Shown: positions 18,649-27,775, counted from the first letter of the stretch. The stretch: DNA of 63,246 bases from Allosphingosinicella sp. (GCA_035630915.1 DASQJU010000167.1:1-63246); one strand, 5' to 3'. The notes: generated by a model from the letters alone, not told the origin. Made by a program: numbers and translations.

Positions 18649-19320
18649 GTGACCGAGTTCCTGGACCGATTCTTCGACCCTCTCGCATTGGCCCTCGTCT
18701 TCGGCGGCACCTTGCTCGCCACCATCGTGTCCGCCACCCGCACTGATCTGGGGCGCGGCATCGCCGCCCTCGTGCCGCTGCTGCGGGCGCGGCCCGAGAC
18801 GGACGGGCGCGCCGCCGCCCAGGCGGTGCTGAGGATCCGGCACCTCTCCGAATATAAGGGCATCGTCTCGGCGGACCGGGTGAAGACGCCGATCGACTTC
18901 GTCCACCGCGCCGCTTGCCGGCTCGCCCGGGCGGAGGGCAGCGCCACGTTCGAGACCTGGGCGCGCGAGGAGATCGAGGACCGCCGCGCACGCCATCATT
19001 CGGCGATCTCGCTGTGGCGCCACGCCGCCGACGTCGCGCCGGCGATGGGGATGATCGGCACCGTGATCGGCCTTGTCGCCATGTTCGCGCGGATGAACGA
19101 TCCGGCCGCCATGGGCCCGGCGATGGCGGTGGCGATGCTCACCACGCTCTACGGCCTGCTCTTCGCTTTTGCCCTCGCCGGGCCGATCGCCGCGCGGCTG
19201 GAACGCCTGTCCGAGGCCGAATGCCGCTGGCAGACGCGCACGGTCGAGCGTCTGCTCGCGCTCGCGCGCGCGGAGGATGAGGCGTTCGGACCCTCGCTGA
19301 AGTTGCGGCGCGCCGGATGA
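18649..19320 (+). CDS. Second stator A subunit (PomA/MotA-TolQ-ExbB family)
   Basis: DPLALALVFGGT, APAMGMIGTVIGLV, MGPAMAVAMLTTLYG. GTG start 18649 after GGGAGG. Confidence 0.85.
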   Translation: MTEFLDRFFDPLALALVFGGTLLATIVSATRTDLGRGIAALVPLLRARPETDGRAAAQAVLRIRHLSEYKGIVSADRVKTPIDFVHRAACRLARAEGSATFETWAREEIEDRRARHHSAISLWRHAADVAPAMGMIGTVIGLVAMFARMNDPAAMGPAMAVAMLTTLYGLLFAFALAGPIAARLERLSEAECRWQTRTVERLLALARAEDEAFGPSLKLRRAG

Positions 19321-19730
19321 AGGCGGTGGCAGTCCCGCGCTGGGCGGTCAGCTTCGCGGATCTGATCCTGCTCCTGCTGGGCTGCTTCGTGCTGCTCCAC
19401 GCGATGGAATCAGCCCGCCCCAAGGCGGCGGCGGTGAGTTTGCCGGTAGAAAGCGAAGCGCTCCAGGCCGCAGCCTTGTTCGAGCTCGGTGAGGCGCGGC
19501 TGACGCCGTCCGGCGAAGCGGCCCTCGCCGCGGCGGCGCGGCGCTGGGCGGACCGCGACGTTCGCATCGTTGGCAGCGGCGCCGGCGAAGGCAGCGGCCG
19601 GCTCGACCGGTTCGAGCTCGCCGCCGCGCGGACGGCCGCCGTCGCCCGCGGCCTGCGGGCCACGCCGATCTCGATCGAGATGCGCGACGCGTCCCCGGGC
19701 GGCCAGACGATCGAGATCATTGCCCGCTAG
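19317..19730 (+). CDS. Short MotB/PomB-like protein
   Basis: RWAVSFADLILLLLGCFVLL (conserved Asp TM) and a degenerate OmpA-like remnant (LFELGEARLT..ELAAARTAAVA). Only 137 aa. Confidence 0.75.
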   Translation: MKAVAVPRWAVSFADLILLLLGCFVLLHAMESARPKAAAVSLPVESEALQAAALFELGEARLTPSGEAALAAAARRWADRDVRIVGSGAGEGSGRLDRFELAAARTAAVARGLRATPISIEMRDASPGGQTIEIIAR

Positions 19731-19737
19731 GAGCGTT

Positions 19738-19753
19738 TGGCACGGCGATTGCT
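19738..19753 (+). promoter_or_regulatory. Sigma54 promoter of flgA
   Basis: TGGCAC-GGCGA-TTGCT. Confidence 0.85.
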
Positions 19754-19785
19754 AAGCTCTCGGCGAAACGCCTGGAGTATAGCTC

Positions 19786-20304
19786 ATGACGCCAATTTTC
19801 CGACGCCTGGCCCTGCTTAGCGCGGCCGCCGCCGCGCCTGCTCTTGCCCAGGGCTTCGAGAATCTCGACGCGCTCGACAGCCGGATCGCCGGCGCGCTCG
19901 GCGCCGCGATCGGCGAGCCCGGCGGCGCGGCGAACGCGCTCGACCGCCGGCTGCGCCTCGCTCCCTGCCCATCGGCCGCGACGATCAGCGAGCCCATGCA
20001 GGGCGCGGTGACGGTGCGCTGCGACGCGATCGGCTGGCGCATCCGCGTCGCCGTGATCGGCGGCGGCGCTGTCGCAGGTCCGATCGCTCAAGCTGCCCCA
20101 GCCCGCGCGGCGCCCGTCGTCCGCCGCGGGGACCAGGTCCAGATCGTGGCATTGGCCGGCAGCTTCACCGTGAGCTCGCTGGGCATCGCCGAACAGGACG
20201 GCGCGCCGGGCGAGCGCATCCGAGTCCGCACAGAACGCCGCTCGGCCCCGTTTTACGGTCAGGTCCTCGCCGACGGGCGGGTCGCTTTGCCCGGATTTAA
20301 TTGA
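19786..20304 (+). CDS. flgA: P-ring assembly chaperone FlgA
   Basis: Signal peptide; LDRRLRLAPC; VVRRGDQV..AEQDGAPGERIRVR. Precedes flgM. Confidence 0.85.
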   Translation: MTPIFRRLALLSAAAAAPALAQGFENLDALDSRIAGALGAAIGEPGGAANALDRRLRLAPCPSAATISEPMQGAVTVRCDAIGWRIRVAVIGGGAVAGPIAQAAPARAAPVVRRGDQVQIVALAGSFTVSSLGIAEQDGAPGERIRVRTERRSAPFYGQVLADGRVALPGFN

Positions 20305-20323
20305 TCGCGGCTTCTGCCGTTAT
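20297..20323 (+). promoter_or_regulatory. Sigma28 promoter of flgM
   Basis: TTAA-N15-GCCGTTAT. Confidence 0.65.
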
Positions 20324-20371
20324 GGGATTCGTATCTCTGCCCGCATCGAGGGCCCGAAAGGAAAAATCGCG

Positions 20372-20650
20372 ATGATCGATGGTGTTGGAAAGAGCGGAGC
20401 GGGGCGGATCGACGCTTCGCGCGGCGCCGGCCAGGGCGCATCCGTCGGCCGTGTAGCGGCCGGCTCCGCGACAGACCGCCAGGGTGGCGTGGCGAGCGCC
20501 GTCTTCGGCCTCGTCGCCGAAGGCCCGCCGGTCGACAGCGCCAAGGTCGCGCAGATCCGCGCGGCGATCGCCGAGGGGCGCTATCCGGTCGACGCCGAGC
20601 GCATAGCCGAGCGGATGGTCGCTCTGGACCTGCCGCCGCGCCGCGCATGA
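20372..20650 (+). CDS. flgM: Anti-sigma28 factor FlgM
   Basis: VDSAKVAQIRAAIAEGRYPVDAERIAERM. Confidence 0.92.
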   Translation: MIDGVGKSGAGRIDASRGAGQGASVGRVAAGSATDRQGGVASAVFGLVAEGPPVDSAKVAQIRAAIAEGRYPVDAERIAERMVALDLPPRRA

Positions 20651-20949
20651 CCGCGCATGCCCTGAATGAGATCGTCTCCTGCCAGGAGGCGTTGATCGGC
20701 GCGCTCGACGCGAACGATCCCGCCGCCATAGCGGCGGCGGCCGCGTCTCTGGACGCCGCCGTCATCGAGCTGCGCCGTTCGGGTGCACCTGCGGACGTCA
20801 GCGATGCCTTGCCGCAGGCGCTGGCGCTCAATCAGGCTGCCCGCATTCGCGTCAACTTTCTGACGGACAATGTTCGCCGCCGCCTCGATGCGCTTGCGGC
20901 GATCCGGGGCACCGCCTCCGGCCTCACCTACCGCCCCGCCGCGCGCTAG
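20647..20949 (+). CDS. flgN: FlgN-like export chaperone
   Basis: 100-aa helical protein overlapping the flgM stop; EALIGALDANDP..ALNQAA. Call is largely by synteny. Confidence 0.6.
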   Translation: MTAHALNEIVSCQEALIGALDANDPAAIAAAAASLDAAVIELRRSGAPADVSDALPQALALNQAARIRVNFLTDNVRRRLDALAAIRGTASGLTYRPAAR

Positions 20950-20974
20950 GGCTCCGCCGCCCCGAGCGGCCAAC

Positions 20975-20990
20975 TGGCACAGCCCTTGCT
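20975..20990 (+). promoter_or_regulatory. Sigma54 promoter of the slt-flhA-flhG-fliA operon
   Basis: TGGCAC-AGCCC-TTGCT. Confidence 0.85.
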
Positions 20991-21018
20991 TTGATGTCCC
21001 TGAAACGAAAGGGGCGTC

Positions 21019-21780
21019 ATGATTCCGACGACGATCAGCACTGCGAGCCGCACCGGCGGGAGCGATCGCGTCATCGGCGCCATCCGCAACGCGGCCGCGC
21101 GGACCGGCGTGGATTTCTCCTACCTGCTCGGCCAGGCGCGGATCGAGAGCAGCCTCAACCCGAACGCGCGCGCCCGCACCTCGAGCGCGACCGGCCTCTA
21201 CCAGTTCATCGACCAGACCTGGCTCGGCACGGTCAAGCAGCACGGCGCAGAGCACGGGCTGGGCTGGGCCGCCGACGCGATCCGCCGGGGCCATAACGGC
21301 CGCTTCTACGTCGCCGACCCGCAAATGCGCCGCGCCATCCTCGATCTGCGCAAGCAGCCCGAGGCGGCCGCGGCGATGGCCGGCGAGTTCGCCTCGGACA
21401 ATCGCCAGTATCTCGAGAGCCGCCTCGGCCGCCCGGCCCAGCCGGTCGACCTCTACCTCGCCCATTTCCTCGGCGCCGGCGGTGCGGCGCGCTTCCTGCG
21501 CGCCCACGATGCCAATCCCGAAGCCGCCGCCGCCTCGATCGTGCCGGCCGCCGCCCGGGCCAACCGCTGGGTCTTCTTCAACCGCGACGGCTCGGCGCGA
21601 AGCTTCAGCGAAGTCCGCCAGCGCTTTGCGAGCAAGCTCGACGGCGGCGCGACGCCGTCGAATCCGATCCGCCCCGATCTCCCGCCGGTGCGCACCGCGT
21701 CGCTGAACGTCGAGCGCGTTCGCCCTTCCCCCGAATATGCGCGCATCGCCTATATGATGCTCGCGCAGCTGGGCGAGTGA
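21019..21780 (+). CDS. Flagellar lytic transglycosylase (SLT domain)
   Basis: QARIESSLNPNA (catalytic Glu), SATGLYQFI, LYLAHFLGAGGA. Confidence 0.85.
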   Translation: MIPTTISTASRTGGSDRVIGAIRNAAARTGVDFSYLLGQARIESSLNPNARARTSSATGLYQFIDQTWLGTVKQHGAEHGLGWAADAIRRGHNGRFYVADPQMRRAILDLRKQPEAAAAMAGEFASDNRQYLESRLGRPAQPVDLYLAHFLGAGGAARFLRAHDANPEAAAASIVPAAARANRWVFFNRDGSARSFSEVRQRFASKLDGGATPSNPIRPDLPPVRTASLNVERVRPSPEYARIAYMMLAQLGE

Positions 21781-21784
21781 GCGG

Positions 21785-23893
21785 ATGAGCCAGCTCGCGA
21801 TCAACCGGAAGGTCTGGCTGAGCGCCGGGCGCGGCGCGGTGCTTCCGATCGCCACGCTCCTCCTCGTCATGCTGATGGTCGTGCCGGTGCCGGCCTTCCT
21901 GCTCGACGTCGGCTTCGTCACCAACATCATGATCAGCCTCGCCGTGCTGATGGTCGCGCTCAACGTCGCGCGGCCGCTCGATTTCTCCTCCTTCCCGACT
22001 GTCCTGCTCTTCGCCACCTTGCTCAGGCTCGGCCTCAACGTCGCCTCGACCCGCGTGGTGCTGGTCAGCGGCCATGAGGGATCGGACGCCGCCGGCCATG
22101 TGATCGAGGCGTTCGGCAGCTTCCTGATCGGCGGCGACTATGCCGTCGGTATCTTCGTCTTCATGATCCTGATGATCATCAACCTCGTGGTGATCACCAA
22201 GGGTGCAGGACGCGTCTCCGAGGTCTCGGCGCGCTTCATCCTCGATGCCATGCCCGGCAAGCAGATGGCGATCGACGCCGACATGAACGCCGGCCTGCTG
22301 ACACCCGAGGAGGCCAAGGCCCGCCGCCAGGAGGTCGCGACCGAGGCCGATTTCTACGGCTCGATGGACGGTGCCTCCAAGTTCGTGAAGGGCGACGCGA
22401 TCGCCGGCGTGCTGATCCTGGTGGTCAACGTGATCGGCGGCCTGATCCTCGGCACGTTGAGCCACGGCTTGTCGATCGGCGACGCCGCCTCGACCTACGT
22501 GCTGCTGGCGATCGGCGACGCGCTCGTCGCACAGGTCCCGGCGCTCCTTCTTTCGATCGCCGCGGCCTCGATCGTCACCCGCGTCTCCTCGCCGCTCGAC
22601 CTTTCGGGGCAGATCACCAGCCAGTTCGGCTCGGCCCGCGCCTGGACTCCGGTCGCCGCGATCCTCCTCTTCCTCGGCCTTCTGCCCGGCATGCCGCACA
22701 TGATCGTCCTGCCAGCCGCCGCCGGCGCGGGCTGGATCGCCTGGAAGCTCCGCAAGGCCGCCAAGGCCAAAGCCGAAGCTGCCGCCGAGCCCGCCGTGGC
22801 CGTCGCCGCACCGAGCGCGATCGGCTGGGACGAGGTCAGCGACGACGCCGCGCTCGGCCTCGATCTCGGCTTCGCTTTGGTCGGCCTGGTCGATGAGCGC
22901 AAAGGCGCGCCGCTGATGACCCGGATCACCGGCATTCGCCGCCAGCTTTCGCGCGAGCTCGGCTTCGTCGTCCCGATGGTGCGGGTCCGCGACGAGCTGA
23001 CGCTCTCGCCCAATTCCTACCGCATCACCGTCGCCGGCGTGGTCGTCGCCGAGGACGAGATCTGGCCCGAGGATCTGCTCGCGCTCGACAGCGGCGACCT
23101 GATCGAACCGATCGACGGCCGCGCCTGCAAGGACCCGACCTTCGGCCTCGACGCCGTCTGGATCCCGCCCGCGCGACGCGCCGAGGCCGTCGTCGCCGGC
23201 TATACCGTGGTCGATCCCGCGACCGTCGTCGCCACCCATCTCAATCAGGTCATCCAGAGCGCCGCCGCCGATCTGTTCGGGATGGACGAAGCCCAGAAGC
23301 TGGTCGATGCGCTCAAGGAGAACGCGCCGCAGCTCGCCGCGAACCTCACGCCGCAGCCGCTCAGCCTCGCCGCGCTCGCCGGCCTCTGCCGCGCGCTGCT
23401 CGCCGAAGGCGTGCCGCTCAAGGATTTCCGCAGAGTCGCCGAAGCGATGGCCGAAGCCGCCCGCGACCAGGCCGATCCGCTGCTGCAGGTCGAGAACGTC
23501 CGCCAGCGCATCGGCGCGCTGATCGTCCAGACGATCGTCCCGGTCAGGATGCCGCTGCCGGTCGTCACCCTCGACGCCGGCCTCGAAAGCCTGCTCAACC
23601 AAGCCGTTCGCACCGGCCAGAGCGCGGTCCATCCGATCGAGCCCGGCCTCGGCCAGAAGATCATCCACGCCATGTCCGGCGTCGCCGGACCGCTGCTCGC
23701 CGAGGGGCGCCGATTCGCGGTGGTCACATCGCCGGTCGCCCGGGCCACTTTGTCGCGCCTGCTGGCACCCCATCTGCCGGAGATCCCGGTCCTCTCGCTC
23801 CTCGAGATTCCGGACGCCAAGCCGGTCGAGGTCGTCGCCGTGGTCGGCGGCGAAGCCGAAAAACCCCTGCTTGAATCGGAGGTAGTTGCGTGA
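21785..23893 (+). CDS. flhA: Export gate protein FlhA
   Basis: FPTVLLFATLLRLGLNVASTR, EVSARFILDAMPGKQMAIDAD, FYGSMDGASKFVKGDAIAG. Confidence 0.97.
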   Translation: MSQLAINRKVWLSAGRGAVLPIATLLLVMLMVVPVPAFLLDVGFVTNIMISLAVLMVALNVARPLDFSSFPTVLLFATLLRLGLNVASTRVVLVSGHEGSDAAGHVIEAFGSFLIGGDYAVGIFVFMILMIINLVVITKGAGRVSEVSARFILDAMPGKQMAIDADMNAGLLTPEEAKARRQEVATEADFYGSMDGASKFVKGDAIAGVLILVVNVIGGLILGTLSHGLSIGDAASTYVLLAIGDALVAQVPALLLSIAAASIVTRVSSPLDLSGQITSQFGSARAWTPVAAILLFLGLLPGMPHMIVLPAAAGAGWIAWKLRKAAKAKAEAAAEPAVAVAAPSAIGWDEVSDDAALGLDLGFALVGLVDERKGAPLMTRITGIRRQLSRELGFVVPMVRVRDELTLSPNSYRITVAGVVVAEDEIWPEDLLALDSGDLIEPIDGRACKDPTFGLDAVWIPPARRAEAVVAGYTVVDPATVVATHLNQVIQSAAADLFGMDEAQKLVDALKENAPQLAANLTPQPLSLAALAGLCRALLAEGVPLKDFRRVAEAMAEAARDQADPLLQVENVRQRIGALIVQTIVPVRMPLPVVTLDAGLESLLNQAVRTGQSAVHPIEPGLGQKIIHAMSGVAGPLLAEGRRFAVVTSPVARATLSRLLAPHLPEIPVLSLLEIPDAKPVEVVAVVGGEAEKPLLESEVVA

Positions 23894-24702
23894 GCTTTCC
23901 CATGACTGATCGTGCCCGGATGATCGCTGTCGCCAGCGGCAAAGGCGGCGCCGGCAAGACCAATGTCAGCGTCAACCTCGCGGTTGCGCTCGCGCGGGCG
24001 GGCGGGCGGACGATGCTGGTCGATTGCGACATGGGCCTGGCCAATGCCGGCATATTGCTCGGCCTGCCCTCCGCCTGGACGATCGGCGACCTGCTCGCCG
24101 GCCGCTGCGCCATCGAGGACCTGCTACAGCGCGGCCCCGGCGGCCTCGCCTTCCTGCCCGGCCACAGCGGCACGGGAAGCGGCTCGACCCTGTCCAGCGC
24201 CGAGCGCGGGCGGCTGATGGACGCCTTGCGCCCCTACGCCGAAGAGTTCGAGCATATCGTGATCGATACCGGAGGGGGCATCGACGCCTCATCGCTCGCC
24301 CTGATCGCTGCGGCCGACACGCCGCTGATCGTCCTCACCCCCGAGCCGACCTCGTTCATCGACGCCTATGCGATGGTCAAGGCGCTCTCAGTGGCCCACG
24401 GCACACCCTGCTTCGAAGTGGTCGCCAACATGGCCCGCCACGACGTCGCCGGGCGCGATCTGTTCGACAAGTTCCGCGCCGTCGTCACCCGCTTCATCGA
24501 CGTCGACCTTGCTTATGCCGGGACGATCCCGGCCGACGGCTATGTCCGCGAGGCGGTACTGAGGAAGCGCTGCGTCGTCGAATCCTTTCCCGGCGCCCCG
24601 GCCTCGCGCGCCTTCGCGGCGCTGGCGCGGCGGATGGCGCGGCCCGGCCTTCCGGAAACGCCCGCATCCCGGCCGATGGAGGCACTTCATGGCGCTCATT
24701 GA
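23890..24702 (+). CDS. flhG: MinD-like ATPase FlhG/FleN
   Basis: VASGKGGAGKT, DCDMGLAN, IDTGGG, TPEPTSFIDAYA. Lies between flhA and fliA. Confidence 0.88.
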   Translation: MSFPMTDRARMIAVASGKGGAGKTNVSVNLAVALARAGGRTMLVDCDMGLANAGILLGLPSAWTIGDLLAGRCAIEDLLQRGPGGLAFLPGHSGTGSGSTLSSAERGRLMDALRPYAEEFEHIVIDTGGGIDASSLALIAAADTPLIVLTPEPTSFIDAYAMVKALSVAHGTPCFEVVANMARHDVAGRDLFDKFRAVVTRFIDVDLAYAGTIPADGYVREAVLRKRCVVESFPGAPASRAFAALARRMARPGLPETPASRPMEALHGAH

Positions 24703-25417
24703 TCCGCAATACGGCGTCGACATCTACCGCAAGCAGGCCAAGCCCGCTCCGGACGCGCTGGTGCGCGCCCATATGAGCCTGGTCCGCAGGATCGCCTGGC
24801 ACGTCCATGCCAAGGTCGCCTCGGCGATCGACATCGAGGATCTTGCGCAGATCGGCATGGTCGCCCTGGTCGAGGCGGCGAATGGCTATGAGGACCGCGG
24901 CCACGCCTTCGCCACCTACGCGACTCTGCGCATCCGCGGAGCGATGGTCGATCATCTCCGCCGCCATGCCACCATCTGCCGATCGGCGATGGCCAAGCGC
25001 CGCGAGCTCAATGCGGTGCGCGAGCGGCTTGAGAATCGGCTCGGCCGCGCCGCGGGCGACGCCGAAATGGCGGAAGAAATGGAGATGGGGGCGGCCGACT
25101 ATCGCGCGCTGGTCGACGATTGCCAGGCGGTGCAGCAGGAATCGATCGACGAGGTCTATTCGGAACATTCGATGTGGTTCGCCGATGTCGAGGAGCGCGC
25201 CGACGAGGCGATCGACCGCGGCCGGCTCAAGCAGGCGATCGCCGGCGCGATCCGAGATCTGCCCGAGCGTGACGCGATGGTCCTCCAGCTCTATTTCGTC
25301 GAGGAGATGAACCTCGAGGAAATCGGCCAGACGCTCGGCGTCGGCGCCGCGCGCATCTGCCAGATCAAGAAGGCGGCGCTCGACAAACTGCGCGGCAACC
25401 TCAGCGAATGGGCATGA
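24689..25417 (+). CDS. fliA: Flagellar sigma factor sigma28
   Basis: LVRRIAWHV, EDLAQIGMVAL, FATYATLRIRGAMVDHLR, LQLYFVEEMNLEEIG. Confidence 0.95.
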   Translation: MALIDPQYGVDIYRKQAKPAPDALVRAHMSLVRRIAWHVHAKVASAIDIEDLAQIGMVALVEAANGYEDRGHAFATYATLRIRGAMVDHLRRHATICRSAMAKRRELNAVRERLENRLGRAAGDAEMAEEMEMGAADYRALVDDCQAVQQESIDEVYSEHSMWFADVEERADEAIDRGRLKQAIAGAIRDLPERDAMVLQLYFVEEMNLEEIGQTLGVGAARICQIKKAALDKLRGNLSEWA

Positions 25418-25422
25418 CAAGG

Positions 25423-25452
25423 AAAACCCGGCGCGGATTTCTCCGCGCCGGG
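25423..25452 (-). terminator. Intrinsic terminator of fliC (between convergent fliA and fliC)
   Basis: 11-bp stem CCCGGCGCGGA-TTTC-TCCGCGCCGGG, with AAAA on the left side (U-tract for the minus strand). Confidence 0.8.
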
Positions 25453-25482
25453 CCTCCCGGGAACCTAGGATCGGTCTTGCTC

Positions 25483-26301
25483 TTAGCGGAGCAGGCTCAG
25501 CACGCCCTGCTGGCTCTGGTTCGCCTGGGCGAGCATCGCCGTCGACGCCTGGGCGAGGATCTGCGCCTTGGCGAGGTTGGTCGTCTCGGCCGAGAAGTCG
25601 GTGTCCTCGATCCGCGACCGGGCGTCGCTGAGGTTGGTGACGTTGCTGCTGAGGTTGTTGACGACCGACTCGAGGCGGCTCTGGGCAGCGCCCAGGCCGG
25701 CGCGGGTGTCGTTCACCGTCTTCAGCGCGCTGGCGACCGAGCCGGCAGAAGCCGCGTCGCCGAGCAGCGTGTTGGCGGCCCCGCTGGTGAGGACGTCGCC
25801 GATCGTCACCGTGATGTTCGACAGATCGACGGTCACCTTCTCCCCCGAGTTCGCGCCGACCTGGATGTCGACGTCGGCGGCGGCGGCGCCGAACAGGGTC
25901 ACGCCGTTGAACTTGGTGTTGGTGAGGATGTCGGTGATCTGCAGGTCCAGCGCCTGGACTTCGGTGTCCATGTTGGCGCGGTCGGCGGCCGAGTAGCTGC
26001 CGCTGGCGCTCTGCACCGCGAGCTCACGGACGCGCTGCAGCATGTTGGTGACTTCGCTCAGCGCGCCTTCGGCGGTCTGGGCGAGGGAGATGCCGTCATT
26101 GGCGTTGCGGATCGCCTGGTTCATGCCGCGGATCTGCGAGGTCATGTTGCTCGAGATGGCGAGGCCGGCGGCGTCGTCCTTCGAGGAGTTGATGCGCTTG
26201 CCGGTCGACAGGCGCTCCATGGCAGTCTGGAGGGCCTGGTTGGCGACCCGGCTGCCGTTCTGCGCGCGGAGCGCAGCGGTGTTCGTGTTGATCACAGTCA
26301 T
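25483..26301 (-). CDS. fliC: Flagellin (272 aa)
   Basis: [57 protein letters not shown]. Start ATG 26301 after AAGGA. Confidence 0.97.
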   Translation of the reverse strand: MTVINTNTAALRAQNGSRVANQALQTAMERLSTGKRINSSKDDAAGLAISSNMTSQIRGMNQAIRNANDGISLAQTAEGALSEVTNMLQRVRELAVQSASGSYSAADRANMDTEVQALDLQITDILTNTKFNGVTLFGAAAADVDIQVGANSGEKVTVDLSNITVTIGDVLTSGAANTLLGDAASAGSVASALKTVNDTRAGLGAAQSRLESVVNNLSSNVTNLSDARSRIEDTDFSAETTNLAKAQILAQASTAMLAQANQSQQGVLSLLR

Positions 26302-26363
26302 CTTGGGTTCCTTTCCCGCTCTTACGCGGCTTCCGGGTCGATCCCGAACTTGCCACGATTGCA

Positions 26364-26390
26364 GTAACGGCAAGTATTCGCGGGACTTTA
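26364..26390 (-). promoter_or_regulatory. Sigma28 promoter of fliC
   Basis: Minus strand TAAA-N15-GCCGTTAC. Confidence 0.8.
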
Positions 26391-26406
26391 ATTCCCCTCT
26401 TCACAG

Positions 26407-26446
26407 CGTCGTTTTTCCGACGTTCACCAGCGTCAATCCGCCGACG
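26407..26446. promoter_or_regulatory. Tandem CGTCR-N6-CGACG sites, candidate FleQ-type enhancer
   Basis: CGTCG-TTTTTC-CGACG (26407-26422) and CGTCA-ATCCGC-CGACG (26431-26446), upstream of the sigma54 promoter at 26501. Confidence 0.6.
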
Positions 26447-26500
26447 CCCCCACGCGCGCACAATAGGCGCGCAGAGGGGGATGCGTCCCCGCCCGCCGTT

Positions 26501-26516
26501 TGGCACGGCGCTTGCT
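26501..26516 (+). promoter_or_regulatory. Sigma54 promoter of the activator-fliE operon
   Basis: TGGCAC-GGCGC-TTGCT. Confidence 0.85.
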
Positions 26517-26546
26517 TTGATGCCCCCGAACAGCCGGAGGGGCTCG

Positions 26547-27764
26547 ATGATTGGAGTGAGCGAAAAGGCCGCGGCCGCAAATCCGACGCTGCCAGCATGG
26601 CTGAGCGGCGCGGGTCTCGCTTCCGCGATCTTCGCCGCCAAGGATGGCTGGGCGATGGGCCTCGCCATCTTCGCCGCCGGTGAGGAGAGATTCGCCGCCC
26701 ACTACGACCTGATCGTCGATTTCGGCGCCGCGCCTGCCCTCGCTCCGGCCACCGAGACCGCCCCTGCGCGCCTTTCCTACGGCTATGACGACCTCGCCTT
26801 CGGCAACGCGCTAGCGGCGGAGCTGGTGCGCCCCGCCGGACGCCCGGCCTGCGGTGAACAGTCGAGCGCCGCGACCCTCGATTTCGCCCGCCGCGTCGCC
26901 CTCAGCGACGCGTCCGTCCTGCTGCTCGGCGAAACCGGCACCGGCAAGGAAGGCGTGGCCCGCTACATCCACCTCTGCTCGCCCCGCGCGGGCGCCACCT
27001 TCACCGCGGTCAATTGCGCCGCCTTGCCCGAGACCATGCTCGAGGCGATCCTGTTCGGCCACCGCAAGGGCGCCTTCACCGGCGCCGGCACCGACGGGGA
27101 GGGCCTGTTCCGCGCCGCCGACGGCGGCACCCTGCTGCTCGACGAGATCGCCGAGATTCCGCTCGTCCTCCAGGCCAAGCTTCTGCGCGCCCTCCAGGAG
27201 CGCGAGATCCTCCCGGTCGGCGCGGTCCGCCCGGAGCCGATCGACGTCCGCATCATCGCCTGCGCGAACCGCGACCTTGCGGGCGAAGTCGCCGCCGGCC
27301 GCTTCCGCGCTGACCTCTACTGGCGGCTCAACGTGATGCCGGTGAACCTGATGCCGCTGCGTGGCCGCCGGCTCGACATCCGCGCCATCGCCGCCGCGAT
27401 GGTGCTTCGCCACTGCCCCCCAGGCGCCACCCTGCCCTTCCCGACCGCCGCCGCGATGGAGCGCCTCGCCGGCCACATCTGGCCGGGCAATTGCCGCGAG
27501 CTCGAGAATGTCATCCAGCGCGCCGTGCTGCTGCGCTCCGGGGACCGGATCGAAGCCGGCGACCTGATCATCGACGAGGTGGCGCCCGCCACCCACGAAT
27601 GCGCCCGTTCGCTGGGCGAGGCCGCGCGCAGCGCCGAAGCCAACGTCATCCGCGCCGCGCTCGACGAGGTCGGCGGGCATCGCCTGCAGGCCGCCCGGCG
27701 GCTGGGCATTTCCGAACGCACGCTGCGCTACCGGCTCGCCGAAATGCGCGCCGTAGCCGCCTGA
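26547..27764 (+). CDS. Sigma54-dependent activator (FleT/FlrC-like, no recognisable receiver domain)
   Basis: GETGTGKE, GAFTGA, LLLDEI, WPGNCRELEN, C-terminal HTH AARRLGISERTLRYRL. ATG 26547 after GGAGG. Confidence 0.88.
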   Translation: MIGVSEKAAAANPTLPAWLSGAGLASAIFAAKDGWAMGLAIFAAGEERFAAHYDLIVDFGAAPALAPATETAPARLSYGYDDLAFGNALAAELVRPAGRPACGEQSSAATLDFARRVALSDASVLLLGETGTGKEGVARYIHLCSPRAGATFTAVNCAALPETMLEAILFGHRKGAFTGAGTDGEGLFRAADGGTLLLDEIAEIPLVLQAKLLRALQEREILPVGAVRPEPIDVRIIACANRDLAGEVAAGRFRADLYWRLNVMPVNLMPLRGRRLDIRAIAAAMVLRHCPPGATLPFPTAAAMERLAGHIWPGNCRELENVIQRAVLLRSGDRIEAGDLIIDEVAPATHECARSLGEAARSAEANVIRAALDEVGGHRLQAARRLGISERTLRYRLAEMRAVAA

Positions 27765-27775
27765 GGAGAGACTAG

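Noticed and set aside
17017-19023. 668-aa and 418-aa minus-strand ORFs suggesting giant FlgD or FlgC fusions
   Set aside because: Only the C-terminal parts match FlgD and FlgC. The extensions run out of frame over flgC and flgB and antisense to the second motA, as expected from stop-codon scarcity in GC-rich DNA.
21605-23773. 722-aa minus-strand ORF
   Set aside because: Antisense shadow of flhA.
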